64,000 nt of DNA from Candidatus Nomurabacteria bacterium (GCA_943349945.1 CALQZS010000002.1:115750-179749), one strand, 5' to 3'. Counted from the first letter of the stretch, positions 46,690 through 57,788 are shown. Numbers and translations: made by a program. The notes: generated by a model not told the origin, from the letters alone.

Positions 46690-47559
46690 TTACTCGTCTG
46701 GCCTAAAGTGCGCGTCGTATTCTTCGGGCGCTAGATTGATGCGATATATATCGAAGGAATTCTCCCCTTCAAACATATCCGATGGATTGGGCAAGAACAC
46801 CTTCGTGTGCGCCAGCGCCACCGTGGCGTCGCGCACCAGACGGTTAAAGATAATAAATTCGCTACGGAAAGGGCGGAAGTCTATGATATGCCGCCGCATC
46901 TGTGGCGAGCCGTCTGCGTTGCGAGATATTTTGCACTCATGGACAATAAACCGACGTACCGGTTTGCCGTATGTCTTTTTGACCGTGTAGTAATTAAAAA
47001 TAGCCTGCAAGACAAACAGCGACTTGTCCGCCCCGTAGGGGGTAAAGGCCGAGACAAACTTGTGGTCGACAATGTCTATACCCTTGGGGTCTACTTTTGA
47101 CGCGACCACCAAGTCGGATACGGCTTTGATAGGCAGTGGCAAACCTTCTACCGACACCGTCGCCTTAACCTCTACCCCAAGCACTTTGTAGCGGGGCGGC
47201 TTTTCTAGATAAAACTGCACCGCCTGTGTGTACTCGCGCTCCATCTGCTCGCGCTTTTTCTTTTTGTCTGTCTTGGTTTTAGCCTTACCAAAATTAATCT
47301 CAAAGTCTGCAACGTCGCGCAAATACTCCAGCCCCAACTGCAGCGCACCTTCCTTACTAATGCCGCCGTAGTAGTGTTGGAGCGCTGTGTGCGCCGCCCG
47401 ACCTACCACCGCTGCCGGGCCCGACGGCGTATCGTACACCAGCTCGACATAGCGCTTGTGCCAGGCAAGCGGGTTGCGCAAAAAGGCCAAAAGCGACGAG
47501 TGGCTCCAGTATTTAATCGGGAGCTCGGGTACTTTGCTTTTCTTGGCAGCCATACGCAT
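46690..47559 (-). CDS. PD-(D/E)XK nuclease family protein
   Basis: WSHSS...GRAAH...E...DLV...IVDHK...Q...Y pattern. Confidence 0.82.
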   Translation of the reverse strand: MRMAAKKSKVPELPIKYWSHSSLLAFLRNPLAWHKRYVELVYDTPSGPAAVVGRAAHTALQHYYGGISKEGALQLGLEYLRDVADFEINFGKAKTKTDKKKKREQMEREYTQAVQFYLEKPPRYKVLGVEVKATVSVEGLPLPIKAVSDLVVASKVDPKGIDIVDHKFVSAFTPYGADKSLFVLQAIFNYYTVKKTYGKPVRRFIVHECKISRNADGSPQMRRHIIDFRPFRSEFIIFNRLVRDATVALAHTKVFLPNPSDMFEGENSFDIYRINLAPEEYDAHFRPDE

Positions 47560-47614
47560 TTAGTATACACAAACGCCACCCTTGTTTGGGTGGCGTTTGG
47601 CCGTGTACTCGCTA

Positions 47615-48907
47615 TTAGTAGCTGCGGAGGCGTTTTGCTTTATCGTGGGTACGGATGCGCTCCAGGGCCTTGGCCTCGATTTGGCGAATGCGCTCGCGGG
47701 TCACGCCAAACTTCTTGCCCACCTCTTCGAGCGTGTGGTATATACCGTCTTCAAGCCCGTGGCGGAGTTTAAGGATTTCGCGCTCTTTGGGAGATAGCTC
47801 GTCCAAAATCTCGTGCAGCTGGTCGCCCAAAATGCGGCGCGACACTTCTTGGTCGGGAGAAAGGATTTTGTCGTCTTTGATAAAGTCGCCCAAAACAGAC
47901 TTACCATCATCATCGTCGGAGCCAACCGGACTCTCGAGCGACACGGTGTCTTGGTCGATTTTTTCTATCTGGTAGATTTTGTCTACATCCACACCCATCT
48001 CAAGTGCAATTTCCTCGGCAAGTGGGTCGCGGCCCAGGTCTTGGCTCAAGCGACGCGACACCTGTTTGTATTTGGCTATGGTTTCTACCATGTGCACAGG
48101 GATGCGAATAGTGCGCGACTGGTCGGCCAAGGCGCGGGTAATAGCCTGGCGGATCCACCATGTAGCATAGGTCGAGAATTTAAATCCTTTGGTGAAGTCG
48201 AATTTGTCGACCGCCTTAAAGAGGCCAAGGTTGCCTTCTTGGATGAGGTCCAAAAGTGTGAGGTCTGGACTACGGCCTACATACTTCTTTGCAATAGAGA
48301 CCACCAAACGGAGGTTTGCACGGGCAAGCAAGTTGCGTGCCTCTGCATCCCCTTCGACGATACGCTTGGCGAAGTCGCGCTCTTGCTGTGCGTTAAGCAG
48401 CGGGTACTTACCAATTTCGCGCAGGTACATCTGGATGGAGTCGTACGAGGAGTCCGAGCGAGAGTAGCCCTTTTCTACAGGGTCTTCGGTGATCTCGAGC
48501 ATGCCGCCGCCTTCGAGCACGTCTATGTGCGCTGTGGAGAGCTTTTCGTACAGCTCTTCCAAAAAGACCACGTCGTCTTCTATATTAGGGAAAGCTTTAA
48601 GAATTTCGTCGTAGGTGATAAACCCTATTTCGCGGCCACGCGCCATCAGCTGCTCGGCCTTTTTGGTTTGCTCGTCGACTTTTTTAGAAACTTTTGCACT
48701 GGCCTTAGGAGCCACCTTCTTTACAGCCTTAGACGAGGCTACGACTTTACGGGGCTTAGGCGCCAACTTTGCACGACGTTTTGCAGCAACCTCGCGAAGT
48801 TGCCGTGCTTTTTTGACCACACTTGCACGCGCTGGAGCCGCCTTACGGACAGGGGCTTTTGCCTTCTTCTGCACCGCCTTTTTAGCAACCTTTTTCTTTT
48901 TCGCCAT
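47615..48907 (-). CDS. rpoD: Primary sigma factor with a Lys/Ala-rich N-terminal extension
   Basis: [35 protein letters not shown]. Confidence 0.96.
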   Translation of the reverse strand: MAKKKKVAKKAVQKKAKAPVRKAAPARASVVKKARQLREVAAKRRAKLAPKPRKVVASSKAVKKVAPKASAKVSKKVDEQTKKAEQLMARGREIGFITYDEILKAFPNIEDDVVFLEELYEKLSTAHIDVLEGGGMLEITEDPVEKGYSRSDSSYDSIQMYLREIGKYPLLNAQQERDFAKRIVEGDAEARNLLARANLRLVVSIAKKYVGRSPDLTLLDLIQEGNLGLFKAVDKFDFTKGFKFSTYATWWIRQAITRALADQSRTIRIPVHMVETIAKYKQVSRRLSQDLGRDPLAEEIALEMGVDVDKIYQIEKIDQDTVSLESPVGSDDDDGKSVLGDFIKDDKILSPDQEVSRRILGDQLHEILDELSPKEREILKLRHGLEDGIYHTLEEVGKKFGVTRERIRQIEAKALERIRTHDKAKRLRSY

Positions 48908-48955
48908 TTGCCACGCAGTATACCCCAAGAGTGGTAAAAAATAAAGGGTGGGTGT

Positions 48956-50581
48956 CTATAAGAATTTTTGCCGCAAGCGCTCTTTCGCCACCACACGCTC
49001 TATGTCGCCCAACAAATCGCTGGCGATTATTTCGGCCGACGAATGTTCGCCCACTTCCCGCTCAAAATCAAAACGTAGACGCTCGGCCTCGCCCGCAAGC
49101 ATGGTCTGTATCTCCTCTAGCCGCTCTGCCCCCAACAATTCAAGCAAGCGCTCTCGCTCTGAAGACGTTGCGGCAAAATAAAAAAGTAGCATACCTGCCT
49201 TGCGCTCCAGCGGCGTTGCAGGCAGAGGCTCGGGCGCAGGCACCGCTACAGACACATCGCCTTGTGGCAACGTGGGGCGTTTAGCCACTTCGGCGTGCAC
49301 CGCCGCCTCGGGCACACGCAGGCGCTCGGCCACAATGCGTATAAAGTGCGCCTGGTCTATTTTGCTCGAGAGGGCTGCAATAAGCGGCAGCAACTGCGCC
49401 TCGATAATTTTTTTGTATACGCGCTCGTCTCCTTGTCTGCCTTGCGGCACAGTGGTGCGGAGCGCATCAAGAAAAAACTCCACGGCGGTTTTGGACTGAC
49501 GCACTGCAGCGCGCAGCGCCTCTGGGTCTGCCTTGGCAATATCTGCCGGATCTTGGCCTTCGGGGAAAGTAGGTATCTTTACATCAAACCCCGCAGCAAA
49601 TGCCATAGCCGTGCTCTTGAGCCCCGAGCGCAGGCCCGCCGGGTCTGCATCAAGCGCCAGGACTAAACGCTTAGAAAGCCGCCCCAAGAGCGCTAGGTGG
49701 TCTGGGGTGAGTGCTGTACCCGAGAGTGCCGCAGTGTAGGGCAAGCCGCTTTGGTGTGCCAATACGAGATCAAATTGTCCCTCCACCAACAACATACAAT
49801 CTGCTTTGCGGATGGCATTTTTTGCCTTGTCGAACCCATAGAGTATTTTGGATTTTTTAAAAAGCGCAGTCTCAGGGCTGTTTACATATTTTGCAGGCTC
49901 CCCTTCTTCTTTGGAGCCTTCTACTTTTTCAAAATAGCGACCAGAGAAAGCGACTACCCTCCCCAAAGGGTCGCTGATGGGAAACATGATCCGCCCGCGA
50001 AATCGGTCGTACACCTCTCCTTGCCGCTTTTCTGAGCGAGCCGCGAGCCCCGCGTCTACTATTTCATCTTTTGAAAACCCTAACGCGGTAAGGTGCTCAG
50101 ACACGCTGTGCCAAGTCGCCGGCGCATATCCCAGTCGCCAGGTTTTTTTACTCTCTTCGTTTACTCCCCGCTTCGCTAGATATTCTTGTATATCGCTACG
50201 GGCAGCAAGTGTGTGTTCAAAAAAGACGGTTGCTGCCTCGCACACCTCGCGCAAGCGCTCTTCTTTGTCTTTGTCGCCTGCATCTTTTTGACCCTGGTAT
50301 TGTTTGAGCACCACCCCTGCTCGCTCGGCCAACTGCTTAAGCGCAGTAGGAAAATCAATACTCTCCATTTTTTGTACAAAAGAAAAAACATCTCCACGCT
50401 CGCCACAACCAAAGCAGATGTACGTCCCCCGCTCGGGAGAGACGTGGAAAGACGGTGTTTTTTCTTTATGAAAGGGGCACCGTGCAGTAAAGGTGCGACC
50501 CGCCTTGTTCAGCTGCACATACTGCCCCACCACTTCTGTGATATTCAACTTGTCTTTTATCTCCTGCACCTGAGAGTCCAT
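48956..50581 (-). CDS. dnaG: DNA primase
   Basis: CPFH..CFGC Zn finger, KYVNSPET, EGQFD, DADPAG (TOPRIM). Confidence 0.97.
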   Translation of the reverse strand: MDSQVQEIKDKLNITEVVGQYVQLNKAGRTFTARCPFHKEKTPSFHVSPERGTYICFGCGERGDVFSFVQKMESIDFPTALKQLAERAGVVLKQYQGQKDAGDKDKEERLREVCEAATVFFEHTLAARSDIQEYLAKRGVNEESKKTWRLGYAPATWHSVSEHLTALGFSKDEIVDAGLAARSEKRQGEVYDRFRGRIMFPISDPLGRVVAFSGRYFEKVEGSKEEGEPAKYVNSPETALFKKSKILYGFDKAKNAIRKADCMLLVEGQFDLVLAHQSGLPYTAALSGTALTPDHLALLGRLSKRLVLALDADPAGLRSGLKSTAMAFAAGFDVKIPTFPEGQDPADIAKADPEALRAAVRQSKTAVEFFLDALRTTVPQGRQGDERVYKKIIEAQLLPLIAALSSKIDQAHFIRIVAERLRVPEAAVHAEVAKRPTLPQGDVSVAVPAPEPLPATPLERKAGMLLFYFAATSSERERLLELLGAERLEEIQTMLAGEAERLRFDFEREVGEHSSAEIIASDLLGDIERVVAKERLRQKFL

Positions 50582-50619
50582 GTACCCTCATTCTAGCCGT
50601 TTTCGCCTGTCTTGCACAC

Positions 50620-50652
50620 AAAACCCCCGAAGGTCTAACCTTCGGGGGTTTT
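50620..50652. terminator. rpoBC terminator with a REP-like core
   Basis: AAAACCCCCGAAGGT-CTA-ACCTTCGGGGGTTTT. Confidence 0.85.
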
Positions 50653-50672
50653 GCTACAAACTATTTTGAAGT

Positions 50673-53600
50673 TTAGATAACTTCGGACTCTACTACCTCG
50701 GGTGCCGCAGCATATTTATTGACCAGGCGCTCTTTAGGAGAACCTTTGAAGCCAGTACCTGCTGGAATAAGACGACCGATGATAACGTTTTCTTTAAGAC
50801 CTTCGAGGCGGTCTACACTACCGTACATTGCTGCTTTGATAAGCATACGAGTGGTGTTTTGGAAGGACGCTGCAGAGAGGAAGCTCTGACGAGAAAGCGA
50901 GACGTCCAAAATTCCCATCACCAATGGCTCGCTCTTTGCAGGCTCGCCACCATCTTGTACCGCTTTTTCGCTTGCATCGCGCAAGTCGCTTTCGCTGGTT
51001 ACATCGCCGACAGAGTACTCGGTGCCACCTTGGTCGGTGACGCGCACGCGCGAGAACATCTGGCGCACAATGGTCTCCAAGTGTTTTGCCGAGATACTTG
51101 CACCCTGGAGTTCGTAGATTTTTACCACCTCCGAGATCAAGTACTCTTGTGTACGCTCTTTGCCCGCGTACTTAAAGAGGTCGGACAGGTCGGCTGAACC
51201 GTCGGTCAAGAGTTGCCCCTTGGTGATGCGCTCCCCAACTTTGACAAGCGGGATGCGGCGGAAGTTTACATCGTACTCAATAGTTTCTTTTTTGCCTTTA
51301 CCACGGAATTCGAGGTCTGGAGTTATAACCAACACCTTTTCTTTGCCTTCGTCGCGGATCTCGAGCACCTCGCCCGAGACAGTTGCCACAATGGCAGGGT
51401 TGCGTGGCATGCGGCGCTCGAAGATTTCTTCAACACGTGGCAAACCTTGGGTGATGTCGCCACCTACAGAGGCTGCACCGCCGGCGTGGAAGGTACGCAT
51501 AGTGAGCTGGGTTCCTGGCTCGCCGATCGCCTGTGCGGCCACAGTACCCACAGCCTCGCCGAGTGCCACTGGTTTGGTGGTACCGAGGTCTGCACCATAA
51601 CAGCGGGCACAGATACCACGGCCTGCACGGCAGCCAATAGGAGAGCGTACATAGACAGACGCGACACCCATCTCTTCAATATGCTTGGCGTCTGCTCCCG
51701 TCACAAAGTGGCCTTTTTTGTAGATAACCTTACCTTCGGCTTCTACATCGCCTGCCAAGTAACGGCCAGTGATGTTTTGTGCCAAGAAGGTGCCGATACC
51801 CGACGCACTTTCGCGCTTAATAGTGAGGCCTTCTTTAGTGTCGCAATCATCGTGGGCAATAACCACGTCCTGCGCAACATCAAAGAGTCGGCGTGTCAGG
51901 TACCCTGCTTTTGCAGTGTTGAGCGCGGTGTCCGACAGACCTTTACGCGAACCGTGTGTAGTGATGAAGTACTCCAGCGGAGTCAAACCTTCTTTCATAG
52001 ACTTGGTAATTGGGAACTCAATTGCCTCGCCCGTTGGAGATGCGATGAGGCCTTTCATACCGGCCATCTGCGTTACTTGCGCCACCGAACCGCGGGCGCC
52101 CGAGCGCAACATGTCAGACACCGAGCCGTTGTCCGGCAGGGTCGCTGGCATCAACTTCTCTACCTCAGACTTGGCAGCATGCCAGACTTCGATGTTCATA
52201 CGGTAACGCTCTTCTTCCGACAACAAGCCGTCTTGCCAGTGTTTGACCACCTGTGCAGATTTTGCTTCTGCGGCTTCGACGATGTCGTTCTTCTCTTTTG
52301 GTACGCGGATGTCGTCGAGCGACCAAGTGATACCCGACTGGGTAACGTAGCGGAAGCCGAAGTTCTTGATACGGTCCAAGATCTCTGGGATTTTCTCTAG
52401 GCCGTAGCGTGCAATAAGGTCGTCTATCAACTTGGACAGCGCCTTCTTGTCGATACTTGCGTTAATGAATGGATAGTCACTTGGGAAGACTGTGTTGAAG
52501 AGCAGTCGGCCGACAGTAGTTTCGAAGATCTGACCACCAAAGGCGGCATACTTCTCTTTTTCTGACGGCATGACTTTTATCTTTGCTTGGAAGCCCACAT
52601 GACCGTAGTCGTATGCAAGGATGGCGCTGTTTGGATTTGGGAATGCCATACCCTCGCCCTTTGCACCCACCACCTCTTTGGTCATCCAGTAGGTGCCGAG
52701 CAAGATGTCGAGCAACTTGGTCGCAACCACAGGTTCTGAGTTACCAGGTTTGAGGATGTTTTTGGTTGCGGACATAATCTCGCGTGCCTCGGTTTGAGCC
52801 TCGGGAGACAACGGCACGTGCACCGCCATTTGGTCGCCGTCGAAGTCTGCGTTAAACGCTGGACATACAAGCGGGTGGAGCTGGATAGCGTTACCCTCGA
52901 TCAAGATAGGCTGGAAAGCTTGGATACCCAGACGGTGCAAGGTTGGTGCGCGGTTAAGCAACACGTACTTGTCGCGGATAACATCTTCGAGTATCGCCCA
53001 CACCTCTGGTACTCCTTCGTCTATAAGACGACCAGCGCCACGAATGTTGTAGGCAAGCTCTTTTTCGAGCAATTTGCCGATAACGAATGGGCGGAAGAGT
53101 TCCAGCGCCATGTGTTTTGGCAAACCACATTGATTAAGGCGAAGTTCAGGACCCACCACGATAACCGAGCGGCCCGAGTAGTCGACGCGCTTACCAAGCA
53201 AGTTCTGACGGAAGAGACCGTGTTTGCCCTTCAAGTTATCAGAGAGCGATTTGAGCGGACGTGTGCGAGCCTGGGTCGTAGCCGAAAACGCTGCACCACC
53301 GTGGCGTATAGAGTTGTCGACAAGTGCGTCGATTGCCTCCTGCAAGATGCGCTTCTCGTTGCGCAAGATAACGTCTGGCGCGTGGATTTCTATCAGTTTT
53401 TTGAGACGGTTGTTGCGGTTTATCACGCGGCGGTAGAGGTCGTTTACATCCGAAGTTGCATGACGGCCGCCGTCGAGCGCAACCATAGGGCGTAGACCCG
53501 GTGGGATAACAGGAATGCGGGTTAGGAACATCCACTCTGGGCGAACGTTTGCCCGGATCATACCGCGCAAAATAGAGAGACGCTTGCCAAGTTTTTCGCG

Positions 53601-56600
53601 CTCAGCGGCACCTGCCTTCAAAAGTGCAGTCTCGGTATTTTCTGCCATCTCTTTGAGGTTGAGCTTTTTGCACAAGTCGTACATTGCCTCGGCGCCAATA
53701 CCCGCCTCGAACATTGCACCGTACTTGATTACATAACGGTGGTATTTTGGCTCGTCAAGCACAGAGCCGACAAAGATAGACTCGATGTCGCGCTTTGCCT
53801 CGAGGAAGAGTTCTTTCATTTTGTCCTTAGACTTTTCGTCTTGAAGGTTTTTGAGTTTTTGTTTGTATTCGCTCTCAAGTTCGCCTACGATGCGCTCCTT
53901 TTCTGCTTTGTGCACCTGCGTCACTATGTAGCCTGCGAAGTAGACTACCTTTTCGAGGTCGCCACCGGAGATGCCAAGCACCATAGAGAGGCGCGACGGA
54001 ATAGCGCGAAGGAACCATACGTGCGCTACCGGCACTGCCAAGTCGACATGGCCCATGCGCTCGCGACGCACAATTGCACGAGTGATTTCGACGCCACATT
54101 TTTCACAGACAATACCTTTGTAGCGGATGCCGCGGTATTTGCCACAGTAACATTCGTAGTCGCGCTCTGGCCCGAAGATCTTTTCGTCAAAGAGTGAGTT
54201 TTTCTCTGGGCGCTGGGTACGGTAGTTGATGGTTTCTGGCTTGGTAACCTCGCCGTGCGACCATTCAAGAATTTTTTCAGGAGACGCTGGGCGGATGCGG
54301 ACAGCGTCAAAGTCAGACACCTCAGACCCAGGACCTTTGCGCACGCCCATAGGCTGGCCGCCGCGCATAAGCTCTACGTCGAGTGCCAAACCGCGAAGGG
54401 TGTGCAAGAGAACGTTAAACGACGCTGGTGCGTAGTGGTGGTTGATACGCTCGCCACGGACAATAGAGTCGAATGCAGCAGAGCGGCCCATGATGTCGTC
54501 GGACTTGATGGTGAGCATCTCGCGAAGGGTGTAGGCAGCACCATAGCCCAGGAGCGCCCACACTTCCATTTCTCCAAAACGCTGACCACCACCTTGCGCC
54601 TTACCACCAAGCGGCTGCTGGGTAATAAGCGAGTAGGGTCCAATAGAGCGCATGTGGATTTTATCTTCCACCATGTGGTGCAGCTTGAGGATGTACATGT
54701 AGCCAACGGAGATATCCTGCTCGAACTGCTCGCCGGTGCGGCCGTCGAAGAGCTTCATCTTGCCGTTTTCGTTGAAGCCTGCTTTTTTGAGCTCGCCGCG
54801 GATTTCTTCGTCAGTTGCTCCTGCAAATGGAGGACAAATTGCTTGGTAGTTGAGGCTGTTTGCCGCAAGCCCCAAGTGGAGCTCGAGGATTTGTCCTAGG
54901 TTCATACGGCTTGGCACACCAAGTGGGGTCAGAATCACGTCCACTGGGCGACCATCTTCCATGTATGGCATGTCTTCCTCGGGCAAGATGCGCGAGATAA
55001 CACCTTTGTTACCGTGGCGGCCTGCAAGTTTGTCGCCCACAGACACAGTGCGGAGCTGTGCTATTTCGATATGAATGCGCTTGATGATACCGCTTTCGAG
55101 CTGGTGCCCTGCTTCGCGGGAAAATACCTTAACGCCAATGATGCGGCCACGCTTGCCGTTTTCCATCCGGAGAGACGAGTCTTTTACATCGCGCGCTTTG
55201 TCGCCAAAGATACTGCGGAGCAAACGTTCCTCTGGGGTAAGTTGTGTTTCGCCTTTTGGTGTGATTTTACCTACCAAGATGTCGCCTGGGCGGACTTCCG
55301 AGCCAGTGCGGATAACGCCGTCCTCGTCGAGGTTGCGGAGCTTTGCTTCCGACACGTTAGGGATGTCGTGAGTGGTCTCTTCTGGCCCAAGCTTGGTGTC
55401 ACGGACGTTGCAGACAAACTCTTCGATATGGATAGAGGCGAATTTAGAATTTTTGACGAGACGCTCAGAGATGATGATTGCGTCTTCGTAGTTTGCACCC
55501 GACCAGCACATAAACGCCACGAGGGCGTTCTGGCCAAGCGCCAACTGACCTTGGTCTGAGGTAGAAGTATCGGCAAGCAAGTCGCCTTTTTTGACCTTGG
55601 TACCCACAGACACTGCTGGGCGGCCGTGCAGCGCGGTGAAGCCGTTGGTGCGTACGAAGTTAACAATTGGGTACTCTACTTCTTTACCCTTTTCGTTTTT
55701 GACCTTGATGCGCTTACCGTCTGCCTGAGTTACCACACCTGCCTCTTTGGCAATAATCAAACGGCCAGTGTCGCGCGCAGCGCGTTCTTCCATGCCGGTT
55801 GCCACAAGCGGAGCTTCAGGGATGATGCAGGGAGTAGCCTGCTTTTGCATGTTCGAACCCATGAGTGCGCGGTTTGCGTCGTCGTGCTCGAGGAATGGGA
55901 TCATCGAGGTTGCGATAGAAAATGGCTGCGCTGGGTCAACGTCGATGTAGTTTACGTCTTTGCGGGCAACACGGGTTGGTGAGCCGTTGAGGCGCACCTC
56001 CACCATGTCCTCAACAATCTTGCCGTCGTCTGCAACTTTTGTTGCACCGTGTGCAATTATTTGTTTTTCTTCTTCGGCTGCGTTTAGGTACACTACCTCG
56101 CCTGTAACATGGCCGTTCGCCACCTTTACATACGGAGTTTCGATCATGCCGAACTCATTGAGCCGCGCAAAAGTCGAGAGACGCAAAATAAGGCCGATGT
56201 TGGGGCCTTCTGGGGTGTGGATTGGGCACAGACGTCCGTAGTGCGATGGGTGCACGTCGCGTACCTCAAAACCGGCACGCTCGCGGGTCAAACCTCCTGG
56301 ACCCAAGGCCGAGAGTGTACGCAAGTGCTCGAGCTCGGTCAGCGCGTTTTCTTGCTGCATGAACTGCGAAAGCTGGTTGGTGGTGAAAAATTCTTTGATG
56401 CGTGCTTGCAGCGGGCGCGGGTTTACGAACTGCTGCGGCATAGTTGCATCCGTGTCGATAGTCGACATGCGGTCCTGGATATTGCGCTTCATGTGGGTCA
56501 AACCAACACGCAAGCGCTGCTGGAGCATCTCGCCCACATAGCGTACGCGGCGGGACCCAAGGTGGTCGATGTTGTCTTCCATCGCCTCTGGGTCATGCTC

Positions 56601-57506
56601 GAGCTTGAGCACATGGTCGAGCACGACCACCACGTCTGCGAGAGAGAGTGTTTTACGGGTAAGCTCTTTTTCGTCGAGCGACTTTTCGAATCGCTGGTTA
56701 AAGCGGTAGCGACCAACACGAGAAAGGTCGTAGCGGTCTTCGCTAAAGATAGAGTCTATATATTCGCGGGCGTTTGCGGCCGTTGCCAAGTCGCCATCGC
56801 GCAGGCGCTTGTGGATTTCGATGTATGCCTCCTCGACTGTTTTTGCAGGATCGTTTTCGAGCGCCTCTGCCATCCACTGCTTGCCGTACTCTGACTGCGC
56901 AAACAATGCCTGCAAGTCTTGGTTGCTGTGTGCACCAAGCACTCGGAGCAAGGAAGTTGCGGGGAACTTGCGCTTGCGGTCGATGCGCACCTGGAGCTGG
57001 CCGTCGGCATCTGCCTCTATTTCTATCCATGCGCCACGGGCAGGGATTATCTTTGCACCAAAGTGGCGCTTGCCCTTGACCTCGTCTGCGGTAAAAAATA
57101 CGCCGTATGAGCGTGCGAGCTGTGGCACGATAACGCGCTCGACACCGTTTATCACAAAGGTGCCGTGCTCGGTCATCATAGGAAAATCAGCAAGAAAGAT
57201 TTCTTGCTCTTTTTCTGTACCCTGGGCTTTGTTTTTGAGCTTCACAATCGCACGCAATGGGATGTCGAGCGACATCTTTTGCGCCTTTGCGTAGTGCTCG
57301 TCGAACTTTGGCTCGCCCAACTCTATCTTTGAAAACTCAAGATCAAACTTTTTGCCCGAATAGTCCTTGATGGGGGTGAACTCTTTAAAAATTTCGCGAA
57401 CTCCTTCGGTGAGGAGCTGCTTGTATGAGTCTACTTGGGCAGCGACGAGGTTTGGGGTTTCTACGCGTGGGGTGCGGTAGCGGCTGAAAAACTTTTGTTC
57501 TCGCAT
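50673..57506 (-). CDS. rpoBC: Fused RNA polymerase beta-beta' subunit (2277 aa)
   Basis: One ORF with beta motifs (GDKLAGRHGNKG, GQRFGEME) then beta' motifs (Zn finger, NADFDGD, GEPGTQLTMRTFH); start re-assigned to MREQKFF. Confidence 0.95.
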   Translation of the reverse strand: MREQKFFSRYRTPRVETPNLVAAQVDSYKQLLTEGVREIFKEFTPIKDYSGKKFDLEFSKIELGEPKFDEHYAKAQKMSLDIPLRAIVKLKNKAQGTEKEQEIFLADFPMMTEHGTFVINGVERVIVPQLARSYGVFFTADEVKGKRHFGAKIIPARGAWIEIEADADGQLQVRIDRKRKFPATSLLRVLGAHSNQDLQALFAQSEYGKQWMAEALENDPAKTVEEAYIEIHKRLRDGDLATAANAREYIDSIFSEDRYDLSRVGRYRFNQRFEKSLDEKELTRKTLSLADVVVVLDHVLKLEHDPEAMEDNIDHLGSRRVRYVGEMLQQRLRVGLTHMKRNIQDRMSTIDTDATMPQQFVNPRPLQARIKEFFTTNQLSQFMQQENALTELEHLRTLSALGPGGLTRERAGFEVRDVHPSHYGRLCPIHTPEGPNIGLILRLSTFARLNEFGMIETPYVKVANGHVTGEVVYLNAAEEEKQIIAHGATKVADDGKIVEDMVEVRLNGSPTRVARKDVNYIDVDPAQPFSIATSMIPFLEHDDANRALMGSNMQKQATPCIIPEAPLVATGMEERAARDTGRLIIAKEAGVVTQADGKRIKVKNEKGKEVEYPIVNFVRTNGFTALHGRPAVSVGTKVKKGDLLADTSTSDQGQLALGQNALVAFMCWSGANYEDAIIISERLVKNSKFASIHIEEFVCNVRDTKLGPEETTHDIPNVSEAKLRNLDEDGVIRTGSEVRPGDILVGKITPKGETQLTPEERLLRSIFGDKARDVKDSSLRMENGKRGRIIGVKVFSREAGHQLESGIIKRIHIEIAQLRTVSVGDKLAGRHGNKGVISRILPEEDMPYMEDGRPVDVILTPLGVPSRMNLGQILELHLGLAANSLNYQAICPPFAGATDEEIRGELKKAGFNENGKMKLFDGRTGEQFEQDISVGYMYILKLHHMVEDKIHMRSIGPYSLITQQPLGGKAQGGGQRFGEMEVWALLGYGAAYTLREMLTIKSDDIMGRSAAFDSIVRGERINHHYAPASFNVLLHTLRGLALDVELMRGGQPMGVRKGPGSEVSDFDAVRIRPASPEKILEWSHGEVTKPETINYRTQRPEKNSLFDEKIFGPERDYECYCGKYRGIRYKGIVCEKCGVEITRAIVRRERMGHVDLAVPVAHVWFLRAIPSRLSMVLGISGGDLEKVVYFAGYIVTQVHKAEKERIVGELESEYKQKLKNLQDEKSKDKMKELFLEAKRDIESIFVGSVLDEPKYHRYVIKYGAMFEAGIGAEAMYDLCKKLNLKEMAENTETALLKAGAAEREKLGKRLSILRGMIRANVRPEWMFLTRIPVIPPGLRPMVALDGGRHATSDVNDLYRRVINRNNRLKKLIEIHAPDVILRNEKRILQEAIDALVDNSIRHGGAAFSATTQARTRPLKSLSDNLKGKHGLFRQNLLGKRVDYSGRSVIVVGPELRLNQCGLPKHMALELFRPFVIGKLLEKELAYNIRGAGRLIDEGVPEVWAILEDVIRDKYVLLNRAPTLHRLGIQAFQPILIEGNAIQLHPLVCPAFNADFDGDQMAVHVPLSPEAQTEAREIMSATKNILKPGNSEPVVATKLLDILLGTYWMTKEVVGAKGEGMAFPNPNSAILAYDYGHVGFQAKIKVMPSEKEKYAAFGGQIFETTVGRLLFNTVFPSDYPFINASIDKKALSKLIDDLIARYGLEKIPEILDRIKNFGFRYVTQSGITWSLDDIRVPKEKNDIVEAAEAKSAQVVKHWQDGLLSEEERYRMNIEVWHAAKSEVEKLMPATLPDNGSVSDMLRSGARGSVAQVTQMAGMKGLIASPTGEAIEFPITKSMKEGLTPLEYFITTHGSRKGLSDTALNTAKAGYLTRRLFDVAQDVVIAHDDCDTKEGLTIKRESASGIGTFLAQNITGRYLAGDVEAEGKVIYKKGHFVTGADAKHIEEMGVASVYVRSPIGCRAGRGICARCYGADLGTTKPVALGEAVGTVAAQAIGEPGTQLTMRTFHAGGAASVGGDITQGLPRVEEIFERRMPRNPAIVATVSGEVLEIRDEGKEKVLVITPDLEFRGKGKKETIEYDVNFRRIPLVKVGERITKGQLLTDGSADLSDLFKYAGKERTQEYLISEVVKIYELQGASISAKHLETIVRQMFSRVRVTDQGGTEYSVGDVTSESDLRDASEKAVQDGGEPAKSEPLVMGILDVSLSRQSFLSAASFQNTTRMLIKAAMYGSVDRLEGLKENVIIGRLIPAGTGFKGSPKERLVNKYAAAPEVVESEVI

Positions 57507-57788
57507 AATGAGTTTTGGATGAAGGCCGTTAATAATAAGTTGCTTGTAATCGCACGTTACTAAAAAATCTCGGGAGCTGCTTTGCCATAAACCAACTATG
57601 GTCAAGAGAGCTATCCACAGAGCCAAAACGCGAAAAAAGCGAGCGCATATACGCTCCCCCGCTTGGCCTCTGCGCCTCGCTTTAGGTGATTATTGCTAAC
57701 CACTATTCAATTGTGTCGAAACTTCAGCCCATAACTCATTCAATTTGAAGGTTTTAGCCTCCAAATGCCCCGCTTTGTTTCATTTACT

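Noticed and set aside
47813..48937. 374-aa plus-strand ORF and similar long antisense ORFs (618-1658, 12802-13875, 51213-52400)
   Set aside because: They lie antisense to conserved genes, as expected from codon bias, and show no protein motifs.
57507..57626. 40-aa N-terminal extension of RpoBC in the ORF track
   Set aside because: Beta-like sequence begins at MREQKFF; the extension lies in the leader.
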